62,140 bases of DNA, filler included, from Choristocarpus tenellus KU-1152 (GCA_964200185.2; 11 parts of 11 records of this genome joined end to end with filler, not necessarily neighbours in it), one strand, 5' to 3'; positions 1 through 12,143 are shown, counted from the whole stretch's first letter. Made by a program: numbers and translations. The notes: generated by a model not told the origin, from the letters alone.

Positions 1-20
1 CCCCCCAGATACTTTGATCC
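1..20. mobile_element. MITE family B, terminal fragment (TIR) at window start
   Basis: CCCCCCAGATACTTTGATCC matches the end of the family B copies at 59323-59505 and 61151-61329. Confidence 0.75.
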
Positions 21-439
21 AATTTCAAATCTTACTCCTCTGCATCTCCTATCAAATCATCACTTATTTTGTAAGGCTACGTAGGTGTTACTAATATCGT
101 ATATTGTTCGCACTTGTTAGAACGCGAGAAACAATCCTCACACTCTACGTCTGTCACAAATGTCCGTGTTTGCTAAAACATGGGAAGAAATGCTCGCGCT
201 ATTCACCTGTAACAAAACAAGCTGAACCATGGTGTCAGAAATGATCATGTGTAGGTCCTTCTTGTCTCCTGCGTAACACCTAGCTAAGGGTGGATACAAG
301 GCAGGCTGGTGTGGATGGCAAGTAGTGTGCAACACCCCCTGGCAGTTAGTTGTAACACTAACAATGATAACAACTACTAAAGCAGCAGTTGTAGAAGGTA
401 GTGGTGTAACAGTGACAGAGGAGTGGATCGGCCAAAATG

Positions 440-1990
440 TTTGTAGATTACAAATGTGGAGCAGTATGTGTTTATTTATTCGATATTTCATTTTTTTTTC
501 AACCTCTGGCGCAAGCATGTTTTTGCATATTGCCTAGCCTCAGATATACATACAGATATAGGATGTATATGACGACAATGAGGGAGGGAATGGGTCCGGA
601 GAACACAGAGCAAATGAGATACTTTTCCAATGCTTCTCTTGCGTCTGACTAGCTCAAGGAGCTTTTCGTCATTCAACGCTTCGATTCAAAGGATAGAGTG
701 TATGGAGTCAGTTGTTGAGACAAAACTAATTTACACTTACCGACAAATTATTTGGATTCACAACAACCCTGCTAACATCTTGGATCGCTTCTTGTTCAAG
801 AATTGGGTCATGATTGATGAGGGTAAAAACAGGACTGGAAGATTGTTGTGCAGCCATTCAGATATTTATCAACTTTGTGAAATTGTGTGTCCCATTCGAG
901 CAAATGAACTTCTGTCATTAGAAAACCAGAATGCCAGAAGATATGTGTGTTTACATACTATTTTGTATATTTCGGTCTTCAGTGTGTGGAAATGCTTGCT
1001 GATTAATACTTGCCCTTCTTTCTTACACAAGAGAATAAGGACGTATCCTGCTGTGAACTGGTGATTGTAAGTGGACACGTGGTTGCCCTCATTGCTGTGA
1101 TAAATAGGTCTATGGCATATTTTCGAAGAACTGTGTGCGCGGTATCTGAACACCTGCAATGTTTTAATAGTATCGAGCAGCTAGATACTGCATGCAACGA
1201 GGACATGTACAACTTGATTTATTGCTTCATCAAACAAACTTGGCACGTCTGCTTTTCATCTCAGATTGCATGCCAAAAACAGCACAAACAACTGTAGGAC
1301 AATTGTGTCGTTTTTGCATATGTGAGCTATCCAAACTTAGAGGCGTGAGCATTCGAGTAGTTGGGGTCCCTCTGACTACAGTCTAGTACATGTGCCTTTA
1401 TTTGTAGCGCTCCGAAGAAAGGTTATTTCGCAGTCATGTAGACTTGTCTACTCTCCTTTGCAGCGTCCTATGAGGAGGGTCAATTCAGTCTTAAACATGG
1501 GAATGAGGTGTCAGGCCGAATGTATGAAAATAACTAAATACTCAAAGGACCTAAATAGATCCGTGTATAAGATAGGATGGCTCTTCCTGTGGTCCCTCTT
1601 CGCATTATTCCGATGAAAAGTTTAAGCCGTGTGTGCCCTATGACTCTCATATAGACCAAGATTCAGACAGTGGGTAGGACTCAGTCCCAATGTCCACGAT
1701 CAGCTTGTGCGAATACTCCATGTTTGATACTTTATGCAGAAAATCTAAAGACAGCATCTTGTTGTATGTATATACTTAGAGAAAAATCCCGTGTGTCTCG
1801 GATTGAAGCACAGAGATTGGCCAGCAGCCCAATGACATGTTGCAGATATGCTAGGGGAAGGAAAAGACAAAGATCAAGCCAACAAAAAATCTTTTTACAT
1901 AAGTGGTCATTTCCAACATACATCCTTCTTTAAATCTGTACCAACTATACAAAAATGTCTCGTATGATTATACCCTACGAACCAAGATTC
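440..1990 (+). pseudogene. Highly degenerate piggyBac-like DDD transposase relic
   Basis: Colinear motif remnants across frameshifts and stops: QMRYFSN...QRFD (cf. DYWS...RF), VMIDEGKNRTGR (cf. IDE..F.GR), YVCLHTILY, RRTVC..FNSIEQL (cf. DNFFTS), ACANTPCLILY (cf. A..NA.ILY) and a Cys-rich tail. Recognised by eye only. Confidence 0.45.
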
Positions 1991-1999
1991 ACACTGCTG

Positions 2000-2150
2000 T
2001 ACCTCTAGCCTAGCTCTATGAAGGTGGTCGAAGAGTGTGGGAAGAATCCCTAGAAGCTGTAAGCCCCCCGCTTCACGCCCACTGGTCCGGTGTCTCTAGC
2101 TTAGAACGCACCACTTGTCTTGAAAGAGCTATTTGTACAGTTACAGACAC
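2000..2150 (-). mobile_element. 3' fragment of a CRE-like (restriction-like endonuclease) non-LTR retrotransposon
   Basis: Minus strand reads SVTVQIALSRQVVRSKLETP, homologous to the copies at 3380-3610, 27530-27660 and 40790-41030. Confidence 0.55.
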
Positions 2151-3046
2151 CCTATCTATCTTAAGTGACGCTAGACAGCCCGTTTCCTACTACTGCAACT
2201 CCAATCCCTCTCACCTCTTACCTCATGAGTGGCCAACTCTTCAAGGAAGCACTCTGCTTTCTTGCTGGGGCGCATAAAACTTTCAACCAGGAAAGTCGTT
2301 GAGATTAAAATTACGAGGATCAAAATGGTCTCTCGGCTGCTACAGCCGTAACATCATTTCCAATAACTTTCTACAGCAATCATCACGATTGTAAACCAAT
2401 CAAAACAATGGAAAAGAACAAGTTTTGATGCTCAAAGGGTAAAATATGCCAAACCAAGTAAGTGAGAGGTAGTTGTGTGGTGTCACGTAGTGTGTGGAAA
2501 GGGGGGGTATACATTTTGCGGTATACTATTGTGCACGTGAAGCATTGAAATAGAGTATATTGGATGGGGTGAGAAAGATAGCTTAGAATTCAAAGGGGCC
2601 CAATCCTGCATACCTTATAATTGGGAGCCAAAGACTCCAGTCAGAAACTCAACTTCCCAACAGAAAGTCTCAGATTCAGAAAGTTTATGTCAGGTTGGAG
2701 ATTTTGCTGCAGCGTAATAAATCATGCTAAATATCTTACATGTTTTCTGTCGATATTATATGAACAGCCCTTTCAATTTGAGAAATGAGACCCACCCTCC
2801 AATATTTAATTGTGGTAATTGCACCAAATTACCAGCCAAGAATGTTCCCCCCTCACAAAGGCCGGGAGTGTTCCTAACTTTTGAAGAGAAGTAAGACAAT
2901 AGGTGGATGCTATTTTTCTCCCGTGGATGAAATTGACATCCAGCCATCCGATTTTCATGGGCACTAATGTCATACTTGTTGAACTGGAGGCCTCGACAAA
3001 CTAAAGTAGTATAAATATGTTGACTCCCAAACATTTGACATGAGTT

Positions 3047-3118
3047 GACTCTGTGGCGCAACGGTAGCGCGTCAGATTCCAGACCTGAAGGTTGCGAGTT
3101 CGAATCTCGTCAGGGTCA
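3047..3118 (+). tRNA. tRNA-Trp (anticodon CCA)
   Basis: Acceptor stem GACTCTG/CAGGGTC, D arm GCGC/GCGC, anticodon CCA at 3079-3081, T arm GCGAG-TTCGAAT-CTCGT. TATA-like TATAAATA ~35 nt upstream and TTTTT at 3121-3125. Confidence 0.93.
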
Positions 3119-3120
3119 TG

Positions 3121-3125
3121 TTTTT
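3121..3125 (+). terminator. RNA polymerase III oligo-dT terminator of the tRNA-Trp gene
   Basis: TTTTT 3 nt after the discriminator base. Confidence 0.7.
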
Positions 3126-3379
3126 CTGTGGCATTATTGTGCCCGGGTCGGTGTGACGTATTTTGGTGTCATTATTGGTGCGCGATGGATAAGTCACCCC
3201 CCTCAGCTGACTAGCTGGGGCTGACTTGCTCTGTTCAGCTGGCTGGTTCTTTTCATTGGAATACGTGCCGAGGTCCTACCAGCTATGCTACACCGCTGCC
3301 CTTCTGTGCCTCCAACCTAGCATAGTCCTGCACTCCAGGGTGAGGAGCTAGGGAAGCATCCCACGAATGTAACAAGCCC

Positions 3380-3610
3380 CTCCTTGCTCCTCTCCCTGAT
3401 GTCTCCAGCTTGCAACACATGACACATCTAGATAGGACTACTTGTGCTGTGACAGGCACTGTCTGTCATAGACAGGATTTGATAGTTCCTTTCCTGCTAT
3501 AGCCTACCGCCCTTCTCCCCCTTACCGCACATGTAGTCAACTCATCCAGAAAACTTTCTGATTGCATACCAAGGCGCCCATAGCTTTCCACCGCAAATGT
3601 GTTGAGGTTA
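3380..3610 (-). mobile_element. 3' end of a CRE-like non-LTR retrotransposon (RLE C-terminus), degenerate
   Basis: NLNTFAVESYGRLGMQSESFLDELTT...RKGTIKSCL*QTVPVTAQVVLSR: the AVE.G.LG..A..FL..L motif of restriction-like-endonuclease LINEs. Clearly paralogous to 40790-41030. Confidence 0.7.
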
Positions 3611-3859
3611 TCACCTCTATATCGCCAGTAAACATAATAATAACGGCATGTATTCAATACTTCATACCGTCATTGGTTTCTTTCATATTCATAGATACTT
3701 GTATTAGTACCTATTGTATAGTACCTTTGAGCACGTCACAGGATTTTTTTTTTTTCACGTTGTAAGAACAACTGAAAGGTAGACGCGAATCTTCTGATCT
3801 ATCACTAAACTATACAAAAAACCGCAAAGAACTCAAAATAAATATGAATGGTGGTGGCA

Positions 3860-4640
3860 AGGCTTCATTCCAGGGCCTTTCACTGGGCAAGAAAAATGTG
3901 ACTGGACCAATCCAGGGTCATCATCAGATATTTTAACAAGACCGGGCCACTTGTGCCTCAATGAAAATATGTTTAAACAGCACCGGTTCAGGACTGTCAG
4001 GTGTTTTGTCCGTGCTGGGCTGGACCAAACAAATATGTGAAACAAGGTTCAACTTGGCTGGTCCAGGGCTGTGAAAGATTGCTGAGCAGGGCTTTTCATC
4101 GGACAGGCCCATAACCGTCAGAGATCGAAACTGAACCGGGTCATGGGCTGGCTCCAGTGAAACATGTTTAAGCGACACTGGTCCAGGATCGTCGGGGACT
4201 TTCACTGGGTTAAGCTGGGAGCCTGTCTCGGTGCGTCAAGATTCAATTTGGCCAGTCCTAAGCTGTCAGAGATCGTACCTGAACTGTGCTGGGGTCGACC
4301 TATGGTCCTCATAAAATATGCATGTCAGGTCAGGCTGTTGAACTCTTGTTTAACTTGGGTCAACCTGAACCATCTTGAGCTGACCAGTTCGACGAACATG
4401 TCATTTTGCCCAGCTCTGTCAGAAATATGAACCTGATTGGACTGTGGACTGACCCCAGGAAAATAGGTTTGAACAGGATGAGTCCAGGGCAGCTCTCAAC
4501 CGGACTGGGCTGTCTCCCAGCCCTGGCGCGATATACTTCAATTGAGCCAGTCCACGGTCGTAGGAGATTGTTGCCAAATAGCCCACGACCCTGGTCCTGT
4601 TAACCAGTCCAGTTAACTGCCGGTCCAATAAATAACCTTG
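3860..4640. repeat. Degenerate array of short GGTCCAGG/CTGGACC/GGGCTG-type motifs, probably an old non-autonomous DNA element with subterminal repeats
   Basis: Many dispersed copies of related 6-10-mers in both orientations and no credible ORF. Confidence 0.35.
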
Positions 4641-4919
4641 TTTCATTGTGACTAGGCGGATGGTGCACAAAATTTGAGGGAGGAGACTGGGCGATGAGAA
4701 GCGAGATGGCTGAACCCATTGCACGATAAAAAACGAAGGCATTAACAGGACAATGCAATTATTTGTAGTATTAGTAGTGGTTCGTTTGTAGTTAGTGGAA
4801 AGTAGTGCAGTTTGTAGTGCCTCTGTACATAGGTCGTGGGTAGGTAATATAGGGTCAACGTAGCGGTGTTCCTAGTTCCAAACAAAAAAAAGCGATACAT
4901 TTCCATCAATACGAGCAGC

Positions 4920-5300
4920 AATAATGGAAAAACCCTGGATTAATGATCCAGTCAAGAATCAACGTTTAATGAGTGTTGTACAAAAGACTATATATCCTTT
5001 AGCGGATGATGACGTCCTGAAAAAAATCCCTTATACTAGGAGACAGTCAAATAAATTTCAAGAAGATACCATCAGTACCAACAGACTGTTACTAATGGTG
5101 ACTCCTATTTTCAGCAACAGTCCCTTTTCTGAAATGATCTAGAACGCGGCATATCTTATTAACCATGTCATTCTGGCACTATCTACTTCCTAAAGGTGAC
5201 CCAGCGGGAAGTGTGGGACCCTGACGGAGTAGGAAAATTTTGTCTTCACATCTGTTCTTTCTTCTTCTGGCTCTTTTCCCATCATCACCAGAAGCATGAA
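4920..5300 (+). mobile_element. Copia-like integrase relic
   Basis: IPYTRRQSN (cf. PYTPQQNG) followed after a stop by NAAYLINH (cf. TAxYLxNR). Confidence 0.45.
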
Positions 5301-5869
5301 CTCTTACAATATGTGATAACTATTGTTGCTCACGTTTTGCTCAAGGGAGGCTAGGGAATACGTGGCTGAAGGGTTGACCGCAAAAGGTAAAGATGAATTA
5401 AACTATAACGTATCTATTGGTATATTGTTAGAACATCACAACAGTAGTAGAATGATGAAAAAATAATGTATAGAAAAATGAAAATAATGATAATTAAGAT
5501 TTTGAAGCAATCTGAGTTTGTGACTGGGAAAAACTTGCAAATAGTGAATTGGTACTTGCTTGAAATTGTGGTTCGTTGAAGGTGGAAGGTTGAAGGCTGA
5601 AAGGCTGAAAGTGGAAGGTTGAAAGTGGAAAAGGGAAAAAGAAAAGGAGCATTGATAGAAGGATGTTGGGAGAAAAGGTCATTTAGAGTAGATTGAAAAG
5701 TCGCATAGATGATATGGAAAACGAAGAGTTGAAAGAGAGATGCTGTGGCTTTGATGAGGGACTGAAGTAGGTCATTGCAAAACACTTAGAAGAAAAGGAG
5801 GTGTAGGAAACGATGATGGAGATGGGGGAAAGGTCAAGTTCGGGCACGGTAGGTGTCTTTTAGTTCAAA

Positions 5870-6030
5870 TGTTCGATGTGGTGGGGGGGGGGGGGGGGAA
5901 GGGGGAGGGGATAAATGCGGGGGGGGGGGGGAGGGGGGGGGGGAGAGAGGAAGGGGGGGGGGATGGGGGGGGGGGGGTTTTTTTTTTAAGGGTGGGGGGG
6001 GGGGGGGGGGGGGGGGGGGGTGAAGGTGGA
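5870..6030. repeat. Poly-G low-complexity tract
   Basis: Long G runs. The poly-Pro/poly-Gly ORFs here are artefacts. Confidence 0.9.
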
Positions 6031-7408
6031 GTGGATAAATGCGGAGTAGTGGGGTAGATGGATGCGGAGAGATGAACGTGGAGTGGATAGATGTGGAGTG
6101 GATTTGAGACTGGCGCATTGTTTTGAGTTGATATGTGGATGACCGCATGTTTTTGTAAAATGGATATACTAATGGCAGCATGGATTGGTGGTGTGGTTGG
6201 CAACACAGGGTTTAGAGGGGTGGAGGGGAAAACGAGTTGATGAAATGACATCAGAATGTTAAAGCGTGGAATAAAGGTGGTGGAGTGATGTGTGGAACGG
6301 TTTGGAGTGGAAGGGAGGAGAAACAGTGCGTAATGATATTATCCAGAATTTCGAGAGCAAACAAGACGATACAATATTGCACAAAACATATTTTTTCTCG
6401 AATAACTTAGTTTTTGGTGGTTGTAATCTTAGTTATTCCTCCATCATTAAAGGATGTACTTGTTGCGGTTCACAACACTGTTCATCATGAGTTACACCCC
6501 ACCCCCACAATTATTATATTTTTCTTGCTTTTATTATTTTTTCGAAACCGCTAACATAGTGGTATCAGGTATGCATAGTACGAAAATATATGCAAAGATA
6601 CAAGTAGAAAAGCGCAGGAGTTGTGTGCAACGTTATGTACAGCTCAGCAGACCAAAGCATCACCATACTACATTCAATTTTACAACGATATATACCCCTA
6701 GCTATTCACAACAACACACCCACATCCATGCATTCACATGTAGACACAGCAATACAGAAAGTTGCGTATCATCGCTTTCGGCTTGCATTATCATAATGAA
6801 CAACTAAAGGACATTTCAATAAGCAAATAAATGATGAATGTCACCACTGTTGTCATTATTGCGACAGTTGAGGCACACTGCACCATCTTGAAGAGAAGAA
6901 GCGATGAAGGACTACATACACCATGCAGAGCACACCAACACATTATTTGCTTCTTCCCTTTAATCTGAACACCCCGACCGAGATGGATGTATAACCAAAC
7001 TCCTCAAAGCACAAAACCTTAAATTGGACTGCCCTTCAGAGAGACACATGTAGGCTACGCATGTCACTCGGAAGGTGGGTGCGTTCTAGTTTTATGACAA
7101 CCAACTCTCTGCATGTGGAGGGTAGTTCATTGAGAAAAATATTTCTACGTATCGTTTTGAATGAATTTTTGATTGACTATATAACTCACGCCATTAGCTG
7201 ATTAGGGCTAAATGTTGTGGTTACTGATCCCTTCAGAGTGAAGCTCTGAGCTCTTCTCACCTTTATGCCGCTTTTCTTGAGAACAAATATTTTTTCTAGA
7301 ACTCGGGAATGGGTGTCATCTTGAATGAATGATTTTCTATCAGTTTCAAACCGGTCTCCTATAATAAACAGGGGATCCTCAAAATTGAGGAAGGCGCGGG
7401 ACTATGAG

Positions 7409-7508
7409 NNNNNNNNNNNNNNNNNNNNNNNNNNNNNNNNNNNNNNNNNNNNTTAATTAATTAANNNNNNNNNNNNNNNNNNNNNNNNNNNNNNNNNNNN
7501 NNNNNNNN
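7409..7508. other. Artificial contig-joining linker (44N-TTAATTAATTAA-44N); identical linkers at 10488-10587, 15417-15516, 19662-19761, 28572-28671, 35277-35376, 39338-39437, 49799-49898, 55140-55239, 59163-59262
   Basis: Same 100-nt structure ten times. TTAATTAATTAA places stops in all six frames. Genes and repeats are cut abruptly at these points. Confidence 0.97.
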
Positions 7509-7933
7509 ATGATGAAATGATGGGATAGAAACCTAAGGTTCAATATATTGGGTTAGAGTATCTCCCAAATCATCAAAGAGGATAAAGGGTGATAAACCCG
7601 GCGAGATTGCTTGGTGTCTGTAGAGTGACTGATTAAAGTTAAGTGGGGCATGCAACACCCCAATAAAATCAGAAATATTTCCTTCTATATGAGAAAAATT
7701 CTCATTCAACTAGTCACTAGTAAAAGGTTCTGATAATTCAACCACTAATTGATTGTTCCTTTACTCCATACATATTCAACCGTAACTGTCCGATAGAGTT
7801 GGAAGAGTCTAATCGAACACAAGCGGGGGTCAGGATCTGCAAGTTTGAGGATATTGGACTATCTTCTCTCTCAACTTAGGCTACCCTGATCGTACTTTAT
7901 TTCTCGAGGTTGTTACCATGTGGATGAATCCCC

Positions 7934-8656
7934 TGTTAAAACATAGGCTACTCGATCGATTTGCTTTGATACGATACACCATCGTCAGTCCATGCTGAAC
8001 GTCGATTTGTCCATTGCAATGGTCGCTATTCCTAATGACACCATTAGCTCATTAGCTCATCATCACAACTCACTCACATTATGTAGGAAATATAGGAACA
8101 GTCGCTAACTATGATTCGTACACACATACTATGTGTGACAGTAGTTACGTTAGATATGGATTCAAACTTGGGTTCTTCTTTCTTCCTCGTGTTACTTCTT
8201 CTTCTTCACACAAGTTATCAGTTACATAGCATGTGTTGATTCTTATTTTTTACTTGACTGGGATTGCCCCTCGTAAGACATCCCATCACTCTGAAGCACG
8301 TATAAGACACACGCCGGGATGCAATACAAACAAAGTTAAAACCATCCTTCGAAACCCTTCTCTGCCAAGGTGACAACCCTCTTCACAGAGGAAGAATTTC
8401 TTCATTTGAGCGCCTCAATGAATGACCACACAGTTTATATCAGTCACCATCTGCTCTAAGTAAAATATGCCATAGAAGTAGCAGTACACATTTCACTCCA
8501 GTCAAAGTCTGATTGAGTAAAACATCCCTTCAGACGCACAAGACCGAACCTGCACGTGTGTTGTTGCACTTATGACACACACTTGTCTCTAAACGTGTTA
8601 ATCACAGCACAACCAAACATACCTTCACATCGAACACTGTCTGACTGAATACAACA
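7934..8656 (+). mobile_element. Copia-family LTR (solo-like)
   Basis: Starts TGTTAAAACATAGGCTACTC and ends TACAACA. Homologous to the LTRs at 8732-9406 and 13937-14649. Confidence 0.7.
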
Positions 8657-8731
8657 TGTCATCAGACCTACCATAACAAATTCATCAATGCTTTATTGTG
8701 CTATGAACTCCTTCGTCACAAATCATCATGC

Positions 8732-9406
8732 TGTTGTAAAGCACCGATGAGTAGAATACGTAGTCTGTGGTATGAGTAGATGTGGTTGAGATGCAAAGCA
8801 CTGATTTATTTGTTCTGTTGCAACTGAAGTCATTGATCTCTCAGTCAAGAATGATATGACGTGAATTCAGTGTTATTTCATGAAATACTCAACGAAAGAA
8901 GTCCATGCTCTGTGGAGAGGCTTGTTACCTTGGCTGGCAAGGGTTTCCGTAGATGGTTTTAACTCTGTATGTATTACGTCCAAATGTGCATCAGGGGCAC
9001 TATTGAAGAGTGAGCTTGAGGCGCCCAGAGGGGGCAATGACAACCAATGAAAAAGTAATAACCAACAATTACGTTGCATCTGGAGTCTTATGCTTATAAA
9101 AAATAACAGAGATGACAGACAACAACAATGAGAAAAAAAAGTAAAAGGTAATAGTGGGATGCACATTGGAACGAGTTCCGAAGTAACTTGGATGATGCGT
9201 GCTATGATGTTCCTGTGTGTGATGTGTATCAACTAAATATGAACTGATGCTATACTTTTATCTACTGGCGTCGATGTGATGATGAATTGGAATGTGCAAT
9301 AAATAAATGGACAATAACCAGTGCAGTGCACCAATCAACAGTCAGTACAAGCTGGTAGTTTTGTATTATATCAACAAGAAACAAATGAGTAGCCTATGTT
9401 TTAACA
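8732..9406 (-). mobile_element. Copia-family LTR (solo-like), inverted relative to 7934-8656
   Basis: Minus strand starts with the identical 20-mer TGTTAAAACATAGGCTACTC and ends TACAACA. Internal block (GATGCACA..TGGA..AATA; AAGGTA.C.AGCCTCT) is shared with the other LTR copies. Confidence 0.7.
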
Positions 9407-10179
9407 GAACACGGGAATGCTTGTAGGTATGTCGATTAGTTGCGTATCCCACATTGGCAATAGTGATACAAACGTAGGAATCGGCTGTCCAAGTTCAGTT
9501 TGCCAAGCTAGAGGTTGGTGCGGTGTTGTTGGACCGTTTGCAACGAGACATTAGATGTGGAAATATTGAGATGGCCGCACTACGCTTTTGCCGGAGCCGT
9601 CGTCCTTCTTGTGCTCTCTCCCAGACACCGAGTAGGAGGTCCTCCAGCTCGGTCGTTTCTGGTGGAAGGGAATGGGAGTGGTGAGTCGTCTATGCCAAAC
9701 GTATATCGATATGGGTGACGAAAAGAACGCGAGGCTTCATAATCGTTTTATTAATCATTTCCTGGAAAAGAGTCGTAAGTGTGCAATATGGGCTGGTAGT
9801 CTATATGGGTTATAGCTGTTTAGTGACCACTACTAGACAACAGGAATGTTGACTAAGTGGAACAAATGTCATTGATTTGTGTTCGTGTGCTGAAAGTAAT
9901 GGGTTCCAATCTCAGATGATCGATTTCTCATTACTTGATATAAATGGACTGATGGAGGAGTTTTGACTTAGTACTAGCTACACAGGATAAGTGACATAGT
10001 ACGAAGTAACGGCAGGACACGTTTTGATGTGTCAGCTGATGTGTCAGCTGATATATGTAATAAACAATAAGTTAATAAGAGAGAGCACTCCCCACCACCG
10101 AGGGCAGTGCTCACTCCGCTAATAAACATATCCATACCACACAAAGCAAAATACTCTACTTGNNNNNNNNNNGCGTCCT

Positions 10180-10207
10180 GAGCCAAAGTATCTTAGAGGG
10201 TAGAGCC
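10180..10207 (+). mobile_element. MITE family A, terminal fragment next to a 10-N gap
   Basis: GAGCCAAAGTATCTTAGAGGGTAGAGCC. The flanking sequence CAAAGCAAAATACTCTACTTG is duplicated on both sides of the gap (assembly overlap). Confidence 0.65.
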
Positions 10208-12143
10208 CAAAGCAAAATACTCTACTTGAGTAGTTCTCTTTTGCATAGTAAGAACCTCACCTTCTTCTGCTCATATCTGCACAAGGGTGGGGACCGAGTT
10301 GTAGAATTGTGTGGAGGTGTGCTCACTGACTTTCATTATGCCACTTTCCAGATTAGTGTCCTCCCATGCTTCCTTGAGGAATGCCTTAGTTCTGGCAGCA
10401 ACCTCCTCCTTTTTACTACCGTGTGGAATGTTGTTCGATTAGACTTTTCCAACTCTATCGGACAGTTACGGTAAAATATGTATGGAGNNNNNNNNNNNNN
10501 NNNNNNNNNNNNNNNNNNNNNNNNNNNNNNNTTAATTAATTAANNNNNNNNNNNNNNNNNNNNNNNNNNNNNNNNNNNNNNNNNNNNATACATTAGGATG
10601 AAAGGATGAAAGAAGGCATGAGCGCCTCACACCGCTGGTGTGTGCGTGTCTTTTTTTTTTATAGACCAGTTAAAAAAAAAGAGTCACCGGAATGAAATAC
10701 GCCCGACCAATGAAGTGCGTGCATTCGACATATGCCCTCCTTGCTTACGGTAGTGCCCTCTCCCTCTTTCAAGACTACAGGCATCAATACCTTTGCTGAG
10801 TTAGGGATAGGGTTATTTACACTACGAGAGAGAGAGAGGACACATTTATTTCTTTTAAATATATATATTTTTCGGCTCTGGAGCACTCTGGGACAATAGA
10901 CAAATCCTCCAGGGTCGGCAAACCACGAAGTACGCACTGCTCCAGAGCACTTCGTATCAGTAGCAGTGAGTAAGCCTTCGATAACGCTTGAGGACCAGTC
11001 CTCTCTTAAGCAGCAGAAACATTTTGCTTCTTTACCAAACTGGAGGCTGAAACCTTCACATCATCTTTTGAGCACTGTCAATTATGGACGTTTCAAGGTA
11101 GGTATGTCACTCAAGTGGTGAAAAAAAAAAATCAAAACACTTTTTACTGGGTTTTTTTTTAAACGTAAGAACAGTCCCCCTTCAACACAGTCCTTAAGAC
11201 CAAAGCTAACCCTGGGTAGATTACGGCAGACATAAATGAAACTGACATTTAAAAAAAAATCACGATAGATCATTTACAAAAAAAAAATACAAAAGGATAA
11301 TACACAAGACGTACGCACATACTTTCGTCGTGTGCATACATGTGTAGGTGGTCAAGTAGTGCTTATTACGCTGCCCAGGGTGACTGCAAACAAACAAACA
11401 GGGTTGCACGAAATACTCCCGCACAGGCAAGGAAGTAAGGGTTTCCAACATCCATTTTGTGAAGGCGTTGCTCACACATTTTCTGTACGGCTTTCGTACT
11501 TATGTGTTGGACGACCTCTAATGTACTCAGGTGGAATAAAAAAAACATGAACCGCACAGGGTAATTGAGGGCTACATAGCACCGTTGCAGGGCTCCATGG
11601 TCCTCGTGCCAGTGTGCTGCAGGAATGCAATTTTAGGGTTAGGCCTCGGGGGTTTATGGATAATAGACTCAATGGATTATACAGGGAAAGGGGGATTGAA
11701 GGCCAAGGTCAGGGCAGCAATAAAGATGCAGCCTTGAGGAGGAGGGAGGGTCAAGAATGGAGACCAGTGTATTTTTTTAGAGATCAAGCTTAAGATGGAG
11801 GTAGGGTCTTAGGAGAGGAAAAGGATAGTTAGGGAATAGATGTTACAGGATTTAAGTGGCTGCTTGAAGCGGCACGATTGATAGGAAGGACGGGGTGTTG
11901 GGAGGTGGGGGGGTTGGTGAAAACACAGAATCTGTTGCAAGGGTGCATTTTTAAAACCCCTGGGACTCTTGAGGCTGGAGTGCGCCCAGTATCACACCAA
12001 ATCATTGGATGGTTTTCACTAAATGATTTTTGAAAGTCTTGTTGGGCATAACTTACAAAACATGTTGTGTCAACTATGCACCCCATCCATCTCATTTCCA
12101 GGGAGGGGAGGAAGGGGAGGAAATCGACCGACATTGCTCTAAC

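Larger units (their letters stand above)
7764..10487. mobile_element. Putative ~2.7-kb TIR element bounded by 56-bp inverted repeats (possibly Tc1/mariner-type)
   Basis: 7764-7819 and 10432-10487 are reverse complements at 53/56 positions. The left copy is preceded by TA and begins CTCC. The right copy ends exactly at the contig end, so the second TSD is not visible. Confidence 0.5.

Noticed and set aside
440-1990. Fanzor/TnpB nuclease relic (SSKICHR and Cys pairs on the minus strand)
   Set aside because: No RuvC DPG/E/RD-N-A motifs in order. Plus-strand motifs fit a piggyBac transposase better.
5834-6251. Proline-rich or glycine-rich protein ORFs
   Set aside because: Translation of poly-G/poly-C low-complexity sequence.
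10142-10229. 21-bp target-site duplication around a MITE fragment
   Set aside because: The duplication brackets a 10-N scaffold gap and is best explained as an assembly overlap.
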